A stretch of 63,568 bases of DNA, filler included, from Choristocarpus tenellus KU-1152 (lineage: Eukaryota > Protista > Phaeophyceae): the NCBI GenBank assembly GCA_964200185.2. It is 13 parts of 13 records of this genome, joined end to end, with 100 filler letters (N's around TTAATTAATTAA, not from the genome) between each part and the next. Parts side by side here need not be neighbours in the genome. Positions count along the whole stretch, not along the records: positions 7,364 to 11,760 come from CAXNAD020014739.1; positions 11,861 to 29,765 come from CAXNAD020000610.1; 11 more parts are not named here. One strand, given 5' to 3'. The notes beneath the pieces are model-generated. The model saw nothing but the letters and a program-made list of their open reading frames with translations, had not been told where the DNA came from and made no database searches. Every line of letters starts with the position of its first letter. The first letter of the stretch is position 1. Positions 11,372 to 25,559 of the stretch are shown here, piece after piece. A program made the position numbers and the translations under genes.

Positions 11372-12223
11372 GTGCGTCTGCAGTACTTTTGTATCATGCG
11401 GTTTTTAAGCTGTGCGAATGTGATCTTTAAGTTTTTGGTTGTGATGTTGAATTGATGTATGGAGCGAACTGCTATTTTCTAGTCTGCATTCCTTGAAGAA
11501 CAGTGTCGCAAACTCTCGCTGACATGCCCCATTGCCACCTCCATGTCACTTGTGAAAGGTCAATGAAAAAGCTCTGGCGCTTTTTGAAGAAGTGTGGGAT
11601 GCAAAGCTTCCATCCAATCGAGCTACCCTCCAGATGCTAGGATGGAAGGCGAGAGATCAGCTCCTCAGCAGTGCAAAGTCCGACGAAGAACGCCAGTGGC
11701 TCAGCGAATTCAACGCAAGTGACACTGGGTAACAAATTTTGTAAAAGTCCCTCGAAGCAGNNNNNNNNNNNNNNNNNNNNNNNNNNNNNNNNNNNNNNNN
11801 NNNNTTAATTAATTAANNNNNNNNNNNNNNNNNNNNNNNNNNNNNNNNNNNNNNNNNNNNGTGGAAAAAAGGGCCCCAAATGGACAGTCACCCCCCCCCC
11901 CCTAGATAGTTTGAGTCATTGCCTCTGATTGTTGCTCACATTCTATGTAGGCGCAGGCAACACTAGCTAAGGAATTTTCCTGAAAGAACGAACCACGCAG
12001 TGCTGCCGAATTGGTCAGTAGTGTGAAATGGCTTGCCACCAGGAGACTTTTTTTAAATGCCCAATGGGACAAGAATCATGCATTCTTCATCAATGAAACT
12101 GAGTAATCCCCTCCCCTTCAATGCCTGGATTAGAAAATATTATTGCTGCTCTATACTTTGTTTGTGGTACCTCTGTTTAGTGTAGCTGAGGCTGCAGTGG
12201 GTTTCCCTTGATGTAGTAACTAG

Positions 12224-15200
12224 GTTTTCTTCTCTGCAATTACTGCGAACCAATTCCTAAGGTGGAGGACAGCAGGGATTGCCATGACATGTTCTTTCGT
12301 ATGGACAAGGCACAGCTCCGGGCAGGATTTCCTGATTGTGAAGGAGAGTCCTGCTATTGTGTTAATGATACACAAAAGGTGAGAACAGTGATAGATGTTA
12401 CAGCACTGGTCTAGAGACAAGTGTTCATTCACAGCACTCCAAATTGTTATTGTCAATCCTATGTATACCAAAAGTATTCCATTTTAGAAATGCATAGCAG
12501 ACACGCCCAGAAGATCTATACAGAAACTGACTGGAGCATTATATTCATATTTATATTTATCAAGCTTCACTATGTGATACTGAGTGTGTTGTTCGCGTAA
12601 GGAGATGCTTTGAAGTACTGTATGCACTACCTATTGCTATTTGTACACACGAAGAAGAAATTATGTACGTTGCAAGATAATGTGTATAGTACGGTAGATT
12701 TGTCACGGATCAAAAAATTGGAATAAAGTGATGTTGATGAAACATTTAAAGAAATGTTTCTATGTGTGATCTACCGGAAATGTTTCCATCGGTGATACAT
12801 CGAATTGCGTGGAAGTGTGATTATGCACACTAGGAACTACCCCCCCCCCCTAGTGGATAGATCTCACTCTTCGCTGTAACTTACTAAAGCACATTCTACA
12901 TCCTTATCCTCTTGGTGAACCTCACACTCTTTGGGAGTGTAGGAACATGTGTGACTTGGCCAGCTGTCAACTCATCCTGGTAGGAAGCTTTGCCAATTTC
13001 CATTAGCTTTACTCTCATATCACTTTTTACCTCTCAGGTGACAGTTATCAATCCTCCATTCATGAAGCTGATGCAACAATACACACCTGTGGGCCTTCTC
13101 TCAACACTGTCCCAGGAGGTTTTCTCCAAAATAAAGGTTAGACAAGACCAAAAGTGAAGGGTTTTTGAAGATAAATTACCATAGAAAAACCACCAGTGAG
13201 GCTGTCCATTTTTTCTCAACTCTGGATTTCAAGGTGTTCTTGTTTGGACTCAGATTCTTCTGCTATGGCTGTTTTGCGTGTGTCTTGTCAATGGGAATGT
13301 TGGACCTAGTTCAAAGTGCACATTTGCAATGCTTCACCACAAAGAAATACTCTGTGATTGTCGCACTGATTACTTGCTCTAAGAATGAAAAACCAGTGCT
13401 GGTTCTACTCTCTTCATTCACACACAGCATGTAGCACCCACTGTACTTTCTGTCTCAATCACCAAAGCTTTCACCCATTGCATTTGATTGATGTACACCA
13501 GGAGGGGATTACTACAGGATTTGTTCGTGCAACCAAGGCCTACTTATTACCAAATATTCTGACAGACATCTACTACTTTCGCAAGGCCTTCCATGTGTCG
13601 GACACAATCCTCCGCTCCTTATTGCATGAAATTGTAGTGTCCAATGGCACATCTGCTGCTGTTGCTGCCCTTCGTGGTTCTTACCACGACACCAGTGTCA
13701 ACTGCCTCGGGTTTGAACCAAGCGGATATGGAACATGTCCGTGGGGCTTGCTATCTTACATTGAATCTGCTGCAAGCTCACTCGGAGTGAATGGGACAAT
13801 ATCAGAAGCAGAGGTGCGTGTTAGGACTTGTCTGCAGGGAATTAAAAACGGTCGAGTTGAGGGAGGTGTTTGAGAACGCCCTATCCAACCACCAGGGTGG
13901 GTTCTAACCCAGAACCAAATTTGTGCCAATTTCCTCATCCTTTTTCTTTTTCCAGGCAGAGTATCTCCTGGGGTTGCGCTTGCCCTCTAATGCATCTATA
14001 CTTGACCGGGAATCTGGGATCCAGATGTGGGTATCTGCAGGTCGTTTTAGTGGTAATCTGAATGTGCCATCTATGCCCCTCCCCAGTGAGGTTGATCCCT
14101 CAGGGAAACAAGCATTCAGCGTCCTGGTTGAGACAATGTGTGAGTGGGAATTAGCAGCTGGTGGGACAGCACCTTCCACCTTGGAGTGCGAGGCAAAGGT
14201 CACTGGCACGCTTGAATGGCTGTACGGAGTGTGGTACACAGAGGTCTGTAGTGGGTGGTGCTCATCTGCTTATGAGTGCTCAAGCTGTGAGTAAATTGTT
14301 TACATTACAACATACCTTCACAGGTGTAGTGTGGGGACCAAATCTATCCTCGACTGCAATACAGGGGACAAGTGAACAAGTTTACATCAATCATTCACTG
14401 ACTGGGCTGAGGGGTCCTCTTCCCCTTGCCTTTTCTGTTTTGTCTAGAAAGGATGCTCAACTGTAGAGTATTTCTACATGTGCCCCTTCAGTACAGTAGA
14501 ATATTCAGTAGTGACTTTGAGTGAAAGTATCTTAGAGGGTACGAGTTTTTCCCTGTTTGTCCATTTGGGGCTTGGCTTCCCATAGGGTTTCTGTGATATT
14601 TTACCTACTCCGAAACATTTCGGAGTAGGTAAAATGTATATGTTATGAAATGGTGTGTCCGGAACAAGGATGCTGACACTTCCTAACAAATACGACGGAT
14701 AAAATTACATGGAAATCGCAACATTGGATTTCAGCCCCCAAATGGACGTGGCCCTAACCTCTAAGATACTTTGACTCTTTGTGATCCTGTGAAAATGTTC
14801 TTTTCCAAATAAAGGAGTGCTAATAAAATTGTGACTTACTGCCTGAGGCACTTCAGTGTACAAATGTTACTAGCGCAGGATCTAGCACAAACTCTCTGTA
14901 CATGATAGTGTTTACTAATCATAGGAGTGTTACATAATCAAGTATGCCTTACCTGTAGCATGGCTCTGCAGAGTAAGACAAGGACAGTTGGGAACAATCT
15001 GCACTATACCTACATTGTGCTCTCATGGCTCCTACAAATATTGTACTTGGTATTAATTGGACAAATGCTCCTTTTTTCGATTTTCAATATGCTTACACAG
15101 AACTGAAAGGCAAAGCCAAGAGTAGAGCCTGGTGTGGCATTAATGGCAATTGACTGTGCTCTATCTACGTCTTCACTAGAGAGGGACCCTAATTTACGTA

Positions 15201-18200
15201 CTGAGTAAAAGTATCTTAGAGGGTAGGAGTTTCGCCCTGTTTGTCCATTTGGGGCTTGGATTCCCACGGGATTTTTATAACATTTTATCTACTTCGAATG
15301 TTTTGGAGTAGGTAAAAATGTGTATGTTATAAAAAGGTGTGTCTGGAACAGGGATATTGACACTTACTTAACAAAAATGATAGCCGAAATTACATCAAAA
15401 TTTCAACTTTGGATTTTGGTCGCCATATGGACGCGGCTCTACCCTCTAAGATAATTTGACTCACTCTCTAGTGATAGTTGATAGTTGTGGTCATGTCCCA
15501 CAAGAATACTTTCGAAGTATGTGTGTGAGGGGAAGGAACATGATTTTGTCATCTTGCCTGGTGAAATACGCAGGAGAAGAGGAAGTGAAATCGGAAAAAT
15601 TGCACAGTACACATGCATTTTGACTTGATTATTTAAACTCTGCATTTACCTGCGATGATTGGCTACATAGACTAAGAGCCTGGACAGCTTAGTTCTGGAC
15701 GAGTGGCGTGGCTCTTCCAACACCAGCAGAAACATTACATGTGATGCAATTGGGACCATTTGTTCATGGTCCTTGGCAAACAATACTCAAGGAGAGGCAC
15801 TAAATATCAGTGCCACATCAGCAAAACGTATGGTGAGGTCCTCACATTTCTGTTTGATTTGCAGAATTCACAATGCTCTACTGGAAGTAAGTCAATTGAT
15901 ACCTTTTATACAGAAGATAAAGGTGGCAGTATAGTTATAAGAATGGAATTATGGTCAGGGGCTTCTGCAATACTTGAAATGGGATAGATTGTCGTGCCCT
16001 TCACCGGGAAAATAAGGTGTTCAGTTATTGAAGGCTATCTACTCCATGATATTAGACAAGAGCAAGGCGAGATGTCTAACATGCACTACTAATTGGTGCA
16101 AAATATATTTATGTGACTATCAAGTAAACTCCAAATTTGTTCTTCATCTCCCTCCATAAGACTCATTTAGGTGCATCCTACATGTTTGGGTGCTTCATGT
16201 AATAACCTTTGACCACTTCTTTCATTCATAGTCAAATGTATTGCTGGCATCCCACGAGATGTAATGGGGACTTTACTACAAGATACTAGATGTAATGGGG
16301 AGGAATTGACGTGGTACTATGAACGTATGTTCCTAGCTCCATGCTCAAGTCTGATGCATTTCCATAACTATGTTGCTGAGAGGCTGAATAAGTAATCCTT
16401 GAAGTAATTTTTATTGCCATATGCGACTACAATTTGGTTTTTCCATTGTTTGTCATATTGCAGATTGACCCATCAGAGGAGGACCCAAGGAATTACTTAA
16501 GCATGTACACAACAACCGGGCAGACTCTTTGGAGCCGTGCATATATTTATTGCACATCTAATTCCTCTAATATGGGGTGTGACGAGGCCAATGATATTGT
16601 GGAGGCTGCAACAGAGACCCTCCCAGGATCGTTATCAGATGCTGATGGAAACAGTGGTGTCTCTGGGATGGAGGACCATTATATGCACCAGGCAATTTTT
16701 ACATGAACTCCGATTGCATGTGTTTTCTTCAGCTTCTCCTACGCTGTTGATGTTGCTAAGTCCTGATGTGTTGCAGTGCTTCTGTTTTACCCAACTTGGT
16801 GCTTGACATGTACCTTCAGGTATGCACCATTGCAACTTACATATTCCACAAGTGGGTTGCAGACAGTGACATGATGAATCAGGCTACCGTGAAGTTTCTG
16901 AACTCATCTGTCTTTGAGCAGACTGGATTCCGACTCAGTGGGGACAACATTGAAGATATTGGATATGTACAGGCAAGGTTAGAATCAGGCAGCTGGAGGC
17001 TAAGTTTGTTGCGCACAATCATCCACTCTTCATCCAGATCCCTCCCTAAGAATGTATTGGTTCACCACATCTTGTGTTGCGCTAGTATTGAACTGTGGTG
17101 CTGTAGCCATACATCATCCTCGATGTTGGTTACTCCAAAATTCTAGGTAGCCAACCAAAGATTTTCTTTGTGGTGCATCAAATCGAAAATTTTGAAGCTC
17201 TTATCTCTGTGTCTATCCCAATGTCCCAACGTTAAACGGCTTCAGTGGACTACGGGGGCGGTGACCAATGCACTGTTGGGGTTAGAGACCCTTGGCACGA
17301 TTTCTCAAGATGGCATTTGGGATTTCATGGATGAAGACTATCACTCCCTAGGGCCTGAGATATGGGCACAGGTGAGGCAAAATACATCCTTCATTTGGCC
17401 AGGAAGAATCGATCCTTTCTTTTCACCATACGGCCATTGCAAAAAAATGAAACCTTGACTCCAGCATACTGCCTTGGATCATAGGGTCACAGGGGAGGAG
17501 GTTGTTTGAGTTCTTGCTCCTCCAGAGCGCAAGTACTTCAATATTGATGATTGTAGGACCTTCTCATTGTTGCTATTATGCTACTCTGGAGTGCTGAATG
17601 TACATGTAAGGTCTGTTACTAACAAAGAAGGAATTGAAGAAAGTTCTGAGAGGAAAGTTGAACTTTTGAAGATCTCATTTTTTCTAGTAATTCATTCCTA
17701 GGTACCAATCTGTGGAACCTTCCATAAAGCATTACAGTTTTGCTTGCAGAAGAAATATAAGATCGAAATTCACGTTTTGATTCCTATTCCTTAGTGATTA
17801 ACCATAGATTCTAAAAGAATGATTTTTTGTAAAGAATCCCTCAAGTCCCAACGAAATCTTTTTCAAGTGCTCTGCCTGACATTTTTCTATTCGAAATTCA
17901 ACAAGAGTAACCTTTTAGGAACCCCTGTGGTTTTTTTTTTTTAAACTCAATAATGTCAAAATTGAAATATTTATTTTGTATTGAAAACCAGCATTCAACA
18001 TTCTGATAAGAGCTACACTAATACTATGATCAACAAAACAATATACAAAATGAGACTGGAATTCCAATTCCAACTGTGGTACTACCCCTCGCATAGAATC
18101 CGCCTAACCACTTAAATCTGTTGCTGTAGGTTGCACAGTCAGGCTACACTGGCATGAAAAACCTCTCTGTTGGGGCTGGGAAAATCCTCCTGGATATGCT

Positions 18201-21200
18201 GGCAAACGACAGTATTTCTGGTGACAACTTCCGCAAGTTAGTGTTAGGGCAGAGCACCACCTACTATGGCGATTCAGATGAATGGTAAGCACTTTGAAGG
18301 CTGAAGAATTTTCTACATCCTCCACTGAGCAGGGGAGAGTTTAACGTTTTGTTTTACTCCTGAGCACTGCTTACCCTAGCATGGACGTAATAGTATCGTA
18401 CTAAACAATACAATGAAAACTCAACTTTAAGTAATGTTCCTAACTACAAATGTTATTATCCTCATGCGATTAGCCCACCTCCACTTGCTGCTGACTTTGA
18501 CTTGATCAGGTGGGTTGAGGGTTCTAGCTCAACCCAATTATTTGATGATGACGATGTACTTTTCGTGGAGGAAAACCCTTATGCTGACTTCTCTCAAGCT
18601 ATACAAGGGAGTAACAACGACCTGGAGGAGATGAGAACATGGCTTGATACACAATTTATGAGCTCATCCGATCAGTGTTACATCCTTGAGGGATTCTATG
18701 AGGACTGTCTTGAGCTGGTGAGAGAGTTTGTGCCATGCTCAGTGTGCGATGATACATTCCCAAGAAGTAACGCCCACAGCATGCCAAATGTTACATGCAC
18801 ACATTCAAACATTGATATGAATGAACAGTATTCAACTTCCTCCCCTGCAACGTGAAATTGGCAGGTTAGTGAAGGCGATGATTGGGCAACCAGTTGTGAT
18901 TTCTTCCGGACTATCCTGAGTAACACAGTGACAGGCATTGAGTGTGATGACACACGCATCTATGACAATGTCCATCCGTATCCGAAGAAACCAGGCAATA
19001 TGCTAGCATCCTTCATGTACTCCCTTGTGTGGGAGCAGGTAGGCATTGAGAGTCACTTGTATCATGCCGTTGCCTGTCATGCATAACTCATCCATCTAAA
19101 AAGCGAGGTCCCATCTCTTTGTCTTCTACCACTTGCTATGTAATCTTTCTGATATCAGCATCCTATGAACACATGTGCAGGTGCTAAAAAAAGAGTACCT
19201 TGTGTGTGATGATCCTGCTAACTGCAACTTTAGTAAGGGTGGGTTTTTCACCACACAAAGGGCAAGGTAAGTCCAACTCACCAGACCTTTTCCTCCAAGG
19301 CACCCACTTTTATTCAGAGATTAACCTTTGTCCATGATTACAAAGATACAAATACTTCACGGCACACTTATTTTCTTGTACCAACATTTCCAACAACAGG
19401 GATGTCATTTTCGGAGGCTATGCTGAGGGCCTAACAATTAAACTCATGAACAAGACTTTGGCCAAGCGAAATCTGACAATTGAGTGCTCTCAAAGCAAAG
19501 TGTTATCACAAAGCAAGACTTGTGAACCTACATATGATGGAGACTGCACTGAACATGGCTTCAAGGTGGGTATTTTTCCACCCGCACTTAGTTGGGGGTC
19601 TTTGTGCTTTGGAGAGGGCATATGTTATTCATGATCCCAAAGATCAATAGACAGAGGCATCAAATCAAAATTGAGACAGATCAATGCAGTGGTTGCAAAT
19701 CGAAAAGAATATTTACCCTTTGTGAGTGGCTTCATGTCTATATTTGTAGAACATATCTAAGGCTTACCCTCCAAACATAAGATACATCATATTTTCTTTG
19801 GTAGATGATATTGGTCAGTAATCAGAGGCAGTGCCTCAATGAATATTGTATTAACACCAAAATCCTTCCCATTCCCACTGTGCCAGGTGAAGCATGCTGA
19901 ACACGGTCTTGTGCTTGAGGTTAACAATTCGGACCTGGGTCAACATCTTTGGCACAGTCCCAGAATTACCCTACCCTATGATCTGGGGGTTATTGATAAC
20001 CCGGTATTTGCAATATATCCAGGTGGCACTTGGGCCAATGAGAGCTTTCAAAAAGAAAAGGTGAGATCAAACCATCTTGGTGGGAATTCTTCTATGATAC
20101 TTATTTTTTAGCGAACCATTGCACCAAAAAGACAAAGTCGTATCCATTTGGACAAATAATCAAAGTTATAGGTAGAGATGTGAAAAGTTGGTCGATGGAG
20201 CAACAAAATAGAGTCTCAGTATTCACCACAACTGAAGAATGAGGTGTTACACACAGAAATAAAACCTCCAAATGTGATAAAGTCAATGGATGTTGCTAAT
20301 TAACTCACGCCTGCACTCATCTCAAAGGACTGTGAAAAACGTGTTCTTCATGGGGAGGCAGGCCTGTGGAAGAACTGTGAAACAACGGTGAGCTGAGATA
20401 CTCTGACATGATGATGGTCTGTTGTGGTCTTGGTGGTCCTTCAAGTGCATAATCTCAATTAGTCCCTGCCCAAGCTCACACATGCTCCTTTAAAAAAAAT
20501 ACTCTTGACCATTTTTATTTCCATGGAACACTATTCAACAAGGTGAATACTGGGCGAGCTGATTATAATCATATTGGAAATATAATCGAGTACTATGGGA
20601 ATTCTTCACTCCTTACTGGGATAGCCAGTGGTGCAGTAATAGACGTTTATGGCTCAGATGGCACGCAGCTCATGCCATATCAATGGGAAGGCTTCGACAA
20701 GTACAGCCTGGTGTACCTCATGCGGATGAGAGGCAATGATTACCTTGGCAACAGTACGGTGGTATGCACCATGACTACATTACCCTCAAAAGCTCCTTTG
20801 CTTGCAGATTAGCAACGTTGATTAATTCGATCTCTCACCATTGTCTGATAAGGTATTTTTAGTGAGATGCATGAGTAAGCTTTTATCAAGGGAATCAGTG
20901 AGGTCTCTTGAGCCCATAATCCTAATGTCATGATATTTAAATACTTTGCCTAGTCATTGCCCATCAGAGATGAAAAGTAGGAGCCCTCTCCTTCTACTGC
21001 CCTCATACACGTTCAATAATTATCACAAGTCCCTCCAATTGCAACTCTTTTTATTCCAAAAAGGTGATGCTGGAGGGTGAGAGTTTGCTTCAATTCCATA
21101 TGGTCCGAGACAGCGAGAGCACTGTCCTTAGGTATCCAACCGTGTACGAAGTGGATGACAATTCCACAGCCACTATTTCAATTCGACTCAACCGATATAT

Positions 21201-24200
21201 AGCCCAGACTCAGGCAAGTTCTGAAGAATGGGAATGGATGCTTCTCTGTTGAGATTCTTCTTCTCCCCCCTTTATTCCCGGCGAAAAAAAGGCTCTCCTC
21301 ACACTTCACAAGGCCATGTACACCAATACCTTCAAAGTGGACGGACCAAAACACTTGGGCCTGCTGCAAACACATGTTTTTGCGGAACTAGCTATTACTG
21401 CACTCTGATTTTCTGGCTAGGGTTGTACTACTGGTTGTTGTCTGCGTGCATGCTATTGACATCCTTAATCTAGGTTTACGCAGTATGTGGTGCAGTTCAT
21501 CATTCTCCAGTGTCCTCTAATGTTGCTCTAGCTACACTAGGGCCGACCAACTAATCTAAATGTGATGCATCCAGATTGTGGAATATGCTTCAAGCATGAA
21601 ATAATACGCAGCATGCAGCCCAAACTCTTCTTGTTGAAAACTACCGGAACTAGCAACAACGATTGTGAGCTCTCGATGTCGACACCATATCTGAAAAAGC
21701 CCCTCATATTCTTAAAATGAATCTTTATCCTTTCATTCATTGGCAGGGTTGGCTTGATGCTCGTGATAGGGTGGGTGACACTATGCTGACGGATTTTAAT
21801 GGCATGCCTTACACCGTTCCTCGTGGGATGGTCAGCACACAGGTGCAGGAAACAAGAGTCAAGGATTGAAGTATCTCCTTATTGTATAGGTGTACTGGAA
21901 GTTCATTCTATAGATTAAGTTTGTAGTAGGAGAAAAAGTATCTTAGGGGGTACGAGTTTTGCCCTGTTTGCCAATTTGGGGCTTGGCTTCCCATGTTTAT
22001 TTTTATGATATTTTTCTACTCCAAAATGTTTCAGAGTAGGTAAATGTGTATGTCACGAAAAGGTGTGTCCGGAACAAGGATATTGACACTTCCTAGCAAA
22101 CACGATAGCAAAAATTACATCAAAATCGCAACATTGGATTTTGACCTCCAAATGGACACGGCTCTACTCTTTAGGATACTTTGGCTCGTAGGATTGGCAG
22201 TGTGCCCAGATCCAGTACATGTGAACTGCATCTATTCCACACCTTAGAAAACTCGACGCTCGCATAACATGACTTGGTATTATTAAGTTTATACATGACA
22301 ACGCATTGTCCTGAAGAGAGGGTGTTACAGATAAAATGGCCATGAGAATTGTCCTGAACAACAAAAAATATTGAACCGAATTGGCTTCAGCAACTTGCAG
22401 CACAGCAGTCATTATAGAGTAAATGTGCTTGAGGGGTGTCCTGGACAGCAGGTGTAAGAGACCCAAATTATCTGGGGGGATGGGGTTCGTCTACACGAGG
22501 GTGTCCATTTTGGACCAAAATCGGGAAAAGTGCATTTGCATTATCCATCCGACGTATGGCAACCAAATCACCCAAAAATCGCGATATGAAAAAATTGACC
22601 CCAACTGGACAGCCGTCACCCCCTCCCAGATACTTTGAACCAGAGCGTTTGCTAGGTGTTACGAGCAAGCGCACTGGTTATAGTTTTTCATTTTTTTCAT
22701 TTTTTTCATTTTTTTATTCTTTAATTTCGACCTTCTGTGCTTCTTAATATAAATGTGTGAAAAGACAAATACAATGTGAGTGGTTTGCTTTGTGGTATAT
22801 TTGAACAAAGAGCCCCAGAGGTTGTTCTGGACAATGGACTGTAGAGGGAAGATCAGTGAACATTGACCTGACATCGAATGTCATGTGAAAGTGAACTCAG
22901 GTGTTGTTTGGACTAGAGATGTTACAGAGCAACTGACCCCTGAAGTTTGTTATGGCATGGGACATTAAGAAAAAACCCAGCCCGGACATTGTGTTGTTGC
23001 CCTAGATAGCAGATGTTATAGACAGAATATGATCAAGGTTGAAGGGTAACACTAACATTGAGCATTACATTTTCCGAGGTGTGCTGAGAACATGATGTAC
23101 TAGGTAGGATGCATGACACAATACTACTTCAGAGATAAGGGCTTACATCAGTACACCCAATGCTACTGAACTCTAGGCCTCTATGGATATGCACTTCTGC
23201 CACCTTTGCTTCAATCTCCCTCTCCTACCAGGTCCTCACAGGGTATGCTACTTTCATAAGTGACCCCCATTTCTATGCCAACGATCTTCTAAGCGGAGAT
23301 GCCTCAACACAGGTAGGCCAACTGTGCTTTCCCCCCAATATTTTTGATGCCTTTGGCTTCGTTCATTTCCATTCATGGATGGTGATTGGCAAGTTTCTTC
23401 CTCCAGAGTATGTCTAACTTTGCTTCCGAATTTGTGCATACTCCTGGTGATGTAGAAACATGTTACAAATTCTGAGAACGATTTGGGCGCACTGGGAATA
23501 AACTATGGCAGTCCTAGATTGATGACTAGACTGGTGAAAAATGCTTCTGATTGTGATATTTCCCACATCATACTTCTTCAAATAGATTGATCCTTGCGTA
23601 CTGGCTGAGTATATCGCATTGCTGTAGTGCCAGTCTATTTACTGGTCATCTAGACCGTAGCCTCATGAAGGATTTGACCGTGGAAATCTCTTTTGGAACT
23701 AGATTGTGCTCAAGAATAATCAATGACAGGAAAACCGATTCTAGTGCTGATCAATTGCTGCTAGTCTTTCTATCAAGTATGTCACACATGGTAGATGGGC
23801 AAAACCATACTTTTTGGTCCAACCCTTGTCTAGCTCTAGTGCTATCTTCTGATGTCCTCCTCATACAAAAGCTCAGGTGAGGAACATTGACCCAACCTCC
23901 ACCAGCCATCAGAGTCATGTGGATGTTGATCCCGTGACAGGCAAGGTACTTCGACGAGCCATACGGTTGCAGGTAAGAAGATGTAATATATATATATATA
24001 TATATATTTTTCTGTTGGCATGCAGTCAGTAGTGAGACCTTGGCAATTGTGATCCAATTCTTCATGTGTATTCAGTCCAATTTCTACTACGAAGATAAAA
24101 AAATGATAATCGTATTAGATTCCCAAGACCAAGTACCACTGGACTCTGAACCCCATCATTTTGAGGTGGAAATTCTCAACCCTTCCTTGTTTGTTGGCTC

Positions 24201-25168
24201 ACAGATTAACTTCCGCATGGAAAGGAGTGCCTACAGTCCCGAACTATTGTCAAGCAAATCCAGTGCGACTGTCTGCACGAACCCAACGAAGGACACTCTT
24301 GAAGACGGCTATGGTTGCTTTATGTGAGTAAATCTAGGTCATCGTGCCGTTGTATCCTAATCTTCCGATCTGCACATCTACACCAACAGACATAAGTACC
24401 AAGCATTATCTTTTACAATACCTTTCATATCTTCGACTTTAGCGCTTCAGAGATGGGCAGTATCAGTACTATGCCTTATAAATTTCGATCTTGACTTGCG
24501 CTTGAGCGATGGGATAATTCAGAGGGGAAGGTTGTTGCATGGCAAAGCATCTTTGCAGCTCAATGTGATAGACTACTACATTAACTCAAACGTGACCGAA
24601 TGCTGATTTCATCAGTGCATTTCTTCAATTGCTGACAATACTTCTTGATATGAACAACTAATCTTGGGATGACTCACTACAATGAGCTCCAGACTATAGC
24701 TTGCTCTTGCCATTGCTAAGTTTTGAACAGTAGTAGAACTTTGTACACAAAGAGGTCACATCCTTTATTACCGCCAAAAAAGAACAGAAAAACCAAACTC
24801 TGGTATTTTAGTCCCCATCTCCTTGTGTATTTAATGTGAGCATTCCCCCCCCTTTATTGACATTCTTCACTTCCCAATTCCTCAGCCCAAGACCATCCAC
24901 TTGCTGTGTCTATGAATATGTTTATGTCATTTCCTTTATCACCCCCCTTAGGTTTGTGCCTATTCTCTGGTATGACGACCAGCGTGTGATGGATGAAGAC
25001 TCAGCACTCTGGCTTTACGAGGAATTCCTTGTGTTTGAAAAATCTGCACTGGAGACAGCTTCCTATGGTTTAGTTGGGACAGTTATCCTATTTTCGTTTG
25101 GGTCACTACTCCAGGGAGTATTCTCCATCTTGAAGAGAAAGTTTGACAGGAAACGGTTCATTGATTGA
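12224..25168 (+). CDS. Very large CD36/SCARB (LIMP-2-like) family membrane glycoprotein; ~20 exons, 5' end unresolved, one in-frame TGA at 18853-18855
   Basis: CD36 motifs in order: VTVINPPF (13038), DVIFGGY (~19400), VNTG..IG.I..YYG..GSDG (20543), FISDPHFYAND (23232), HVDVDPVTGKVLRRAIRLQ|INF (23877/24205), VPILW plus C-terminal TM helix and basic tail (24952-25168); exon phases agree from 12224 onward. Confidence 0.85.
14519..14777. mobile_element. MITE family A copy in a CD36-like intron (TTT/TTT)
   Basis: GAGTGAAAGTATCTTAGAGGGTA...CCTCTAAGATACTTTGACTC; central hairpin CCTACTCCGAAAcatTTCGGAGTAGG. Confidence 0.92.
15203..15462. mobile_element. MITE family A copy (ACT/ACT)
   Basis: GAGTAAAAGTATCTTAGAGGGTAG...CTACCCTCTAAGATAATTTGACTC. 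Confidence 0.92.
21930..22187. mobile_element. MITE family A copy (GTAG/GTAG)
   Basis: Same termini and body as the other A copies. Confidence 0.88.
22460..22641. mobile_element. MITE family B (G-tract termini) full copy (AGA/AGA); partial copies at ~11861, 29706, 29866, 32371, 39133, 45149, 52866, 57273, 60588
   Basis: GACCCAAATTATCTGGGGGGA...CCCTCCCAGATACTTTGAACC; shares GTCCATTT/TGGAC subterminal motifs with family A. Confidence 0.85.
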
Positions 25169-25559
25169 TGGATTTTCTGACAAGAGATATTGTTCCATAA
25201 AGTCACTGCAACAGTTGTACATACAACCATTGCCTATGCAGAGTTCAAGCAAAGTGCTACTTCAAACTACAGTACATTCTACTAGCCGATCCAGAAAAAA
25301 AACTTATTACTGAAGGTGAAGCACACATCAACAGGTGCTTTTTTCAGGAAGTAATCAAATATATTACAAACCCATGCCACGACTTGCTCAATGTAGCAGG
25401 AAGTGACGATGTAATGCCAAATTTGCTTCACTGAGCATATTTCCTACGATCTCCTTTGAGGAGCTAAAAACTGAAGGTTAAACATCTCCTATTTTGACTA
25501 CCTTGGACATGATACTAAGCAGACCAGGTGACTTGCATGATTTGGGTTTGGTTCATTGT

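Noticed and set aside
11951-12102. Second in-frame TGA (11981) in a putative first CD36-like exon
   Set aside because: The phase does not join the next exon and an alternative acceptor after the TGA exists; the exon is not established.
14519-14777. MITEs acting as introners
   Set aside because: Copies lie inside pre-existing introns or non-coding DNA; their ends do not coincide with splice sites.
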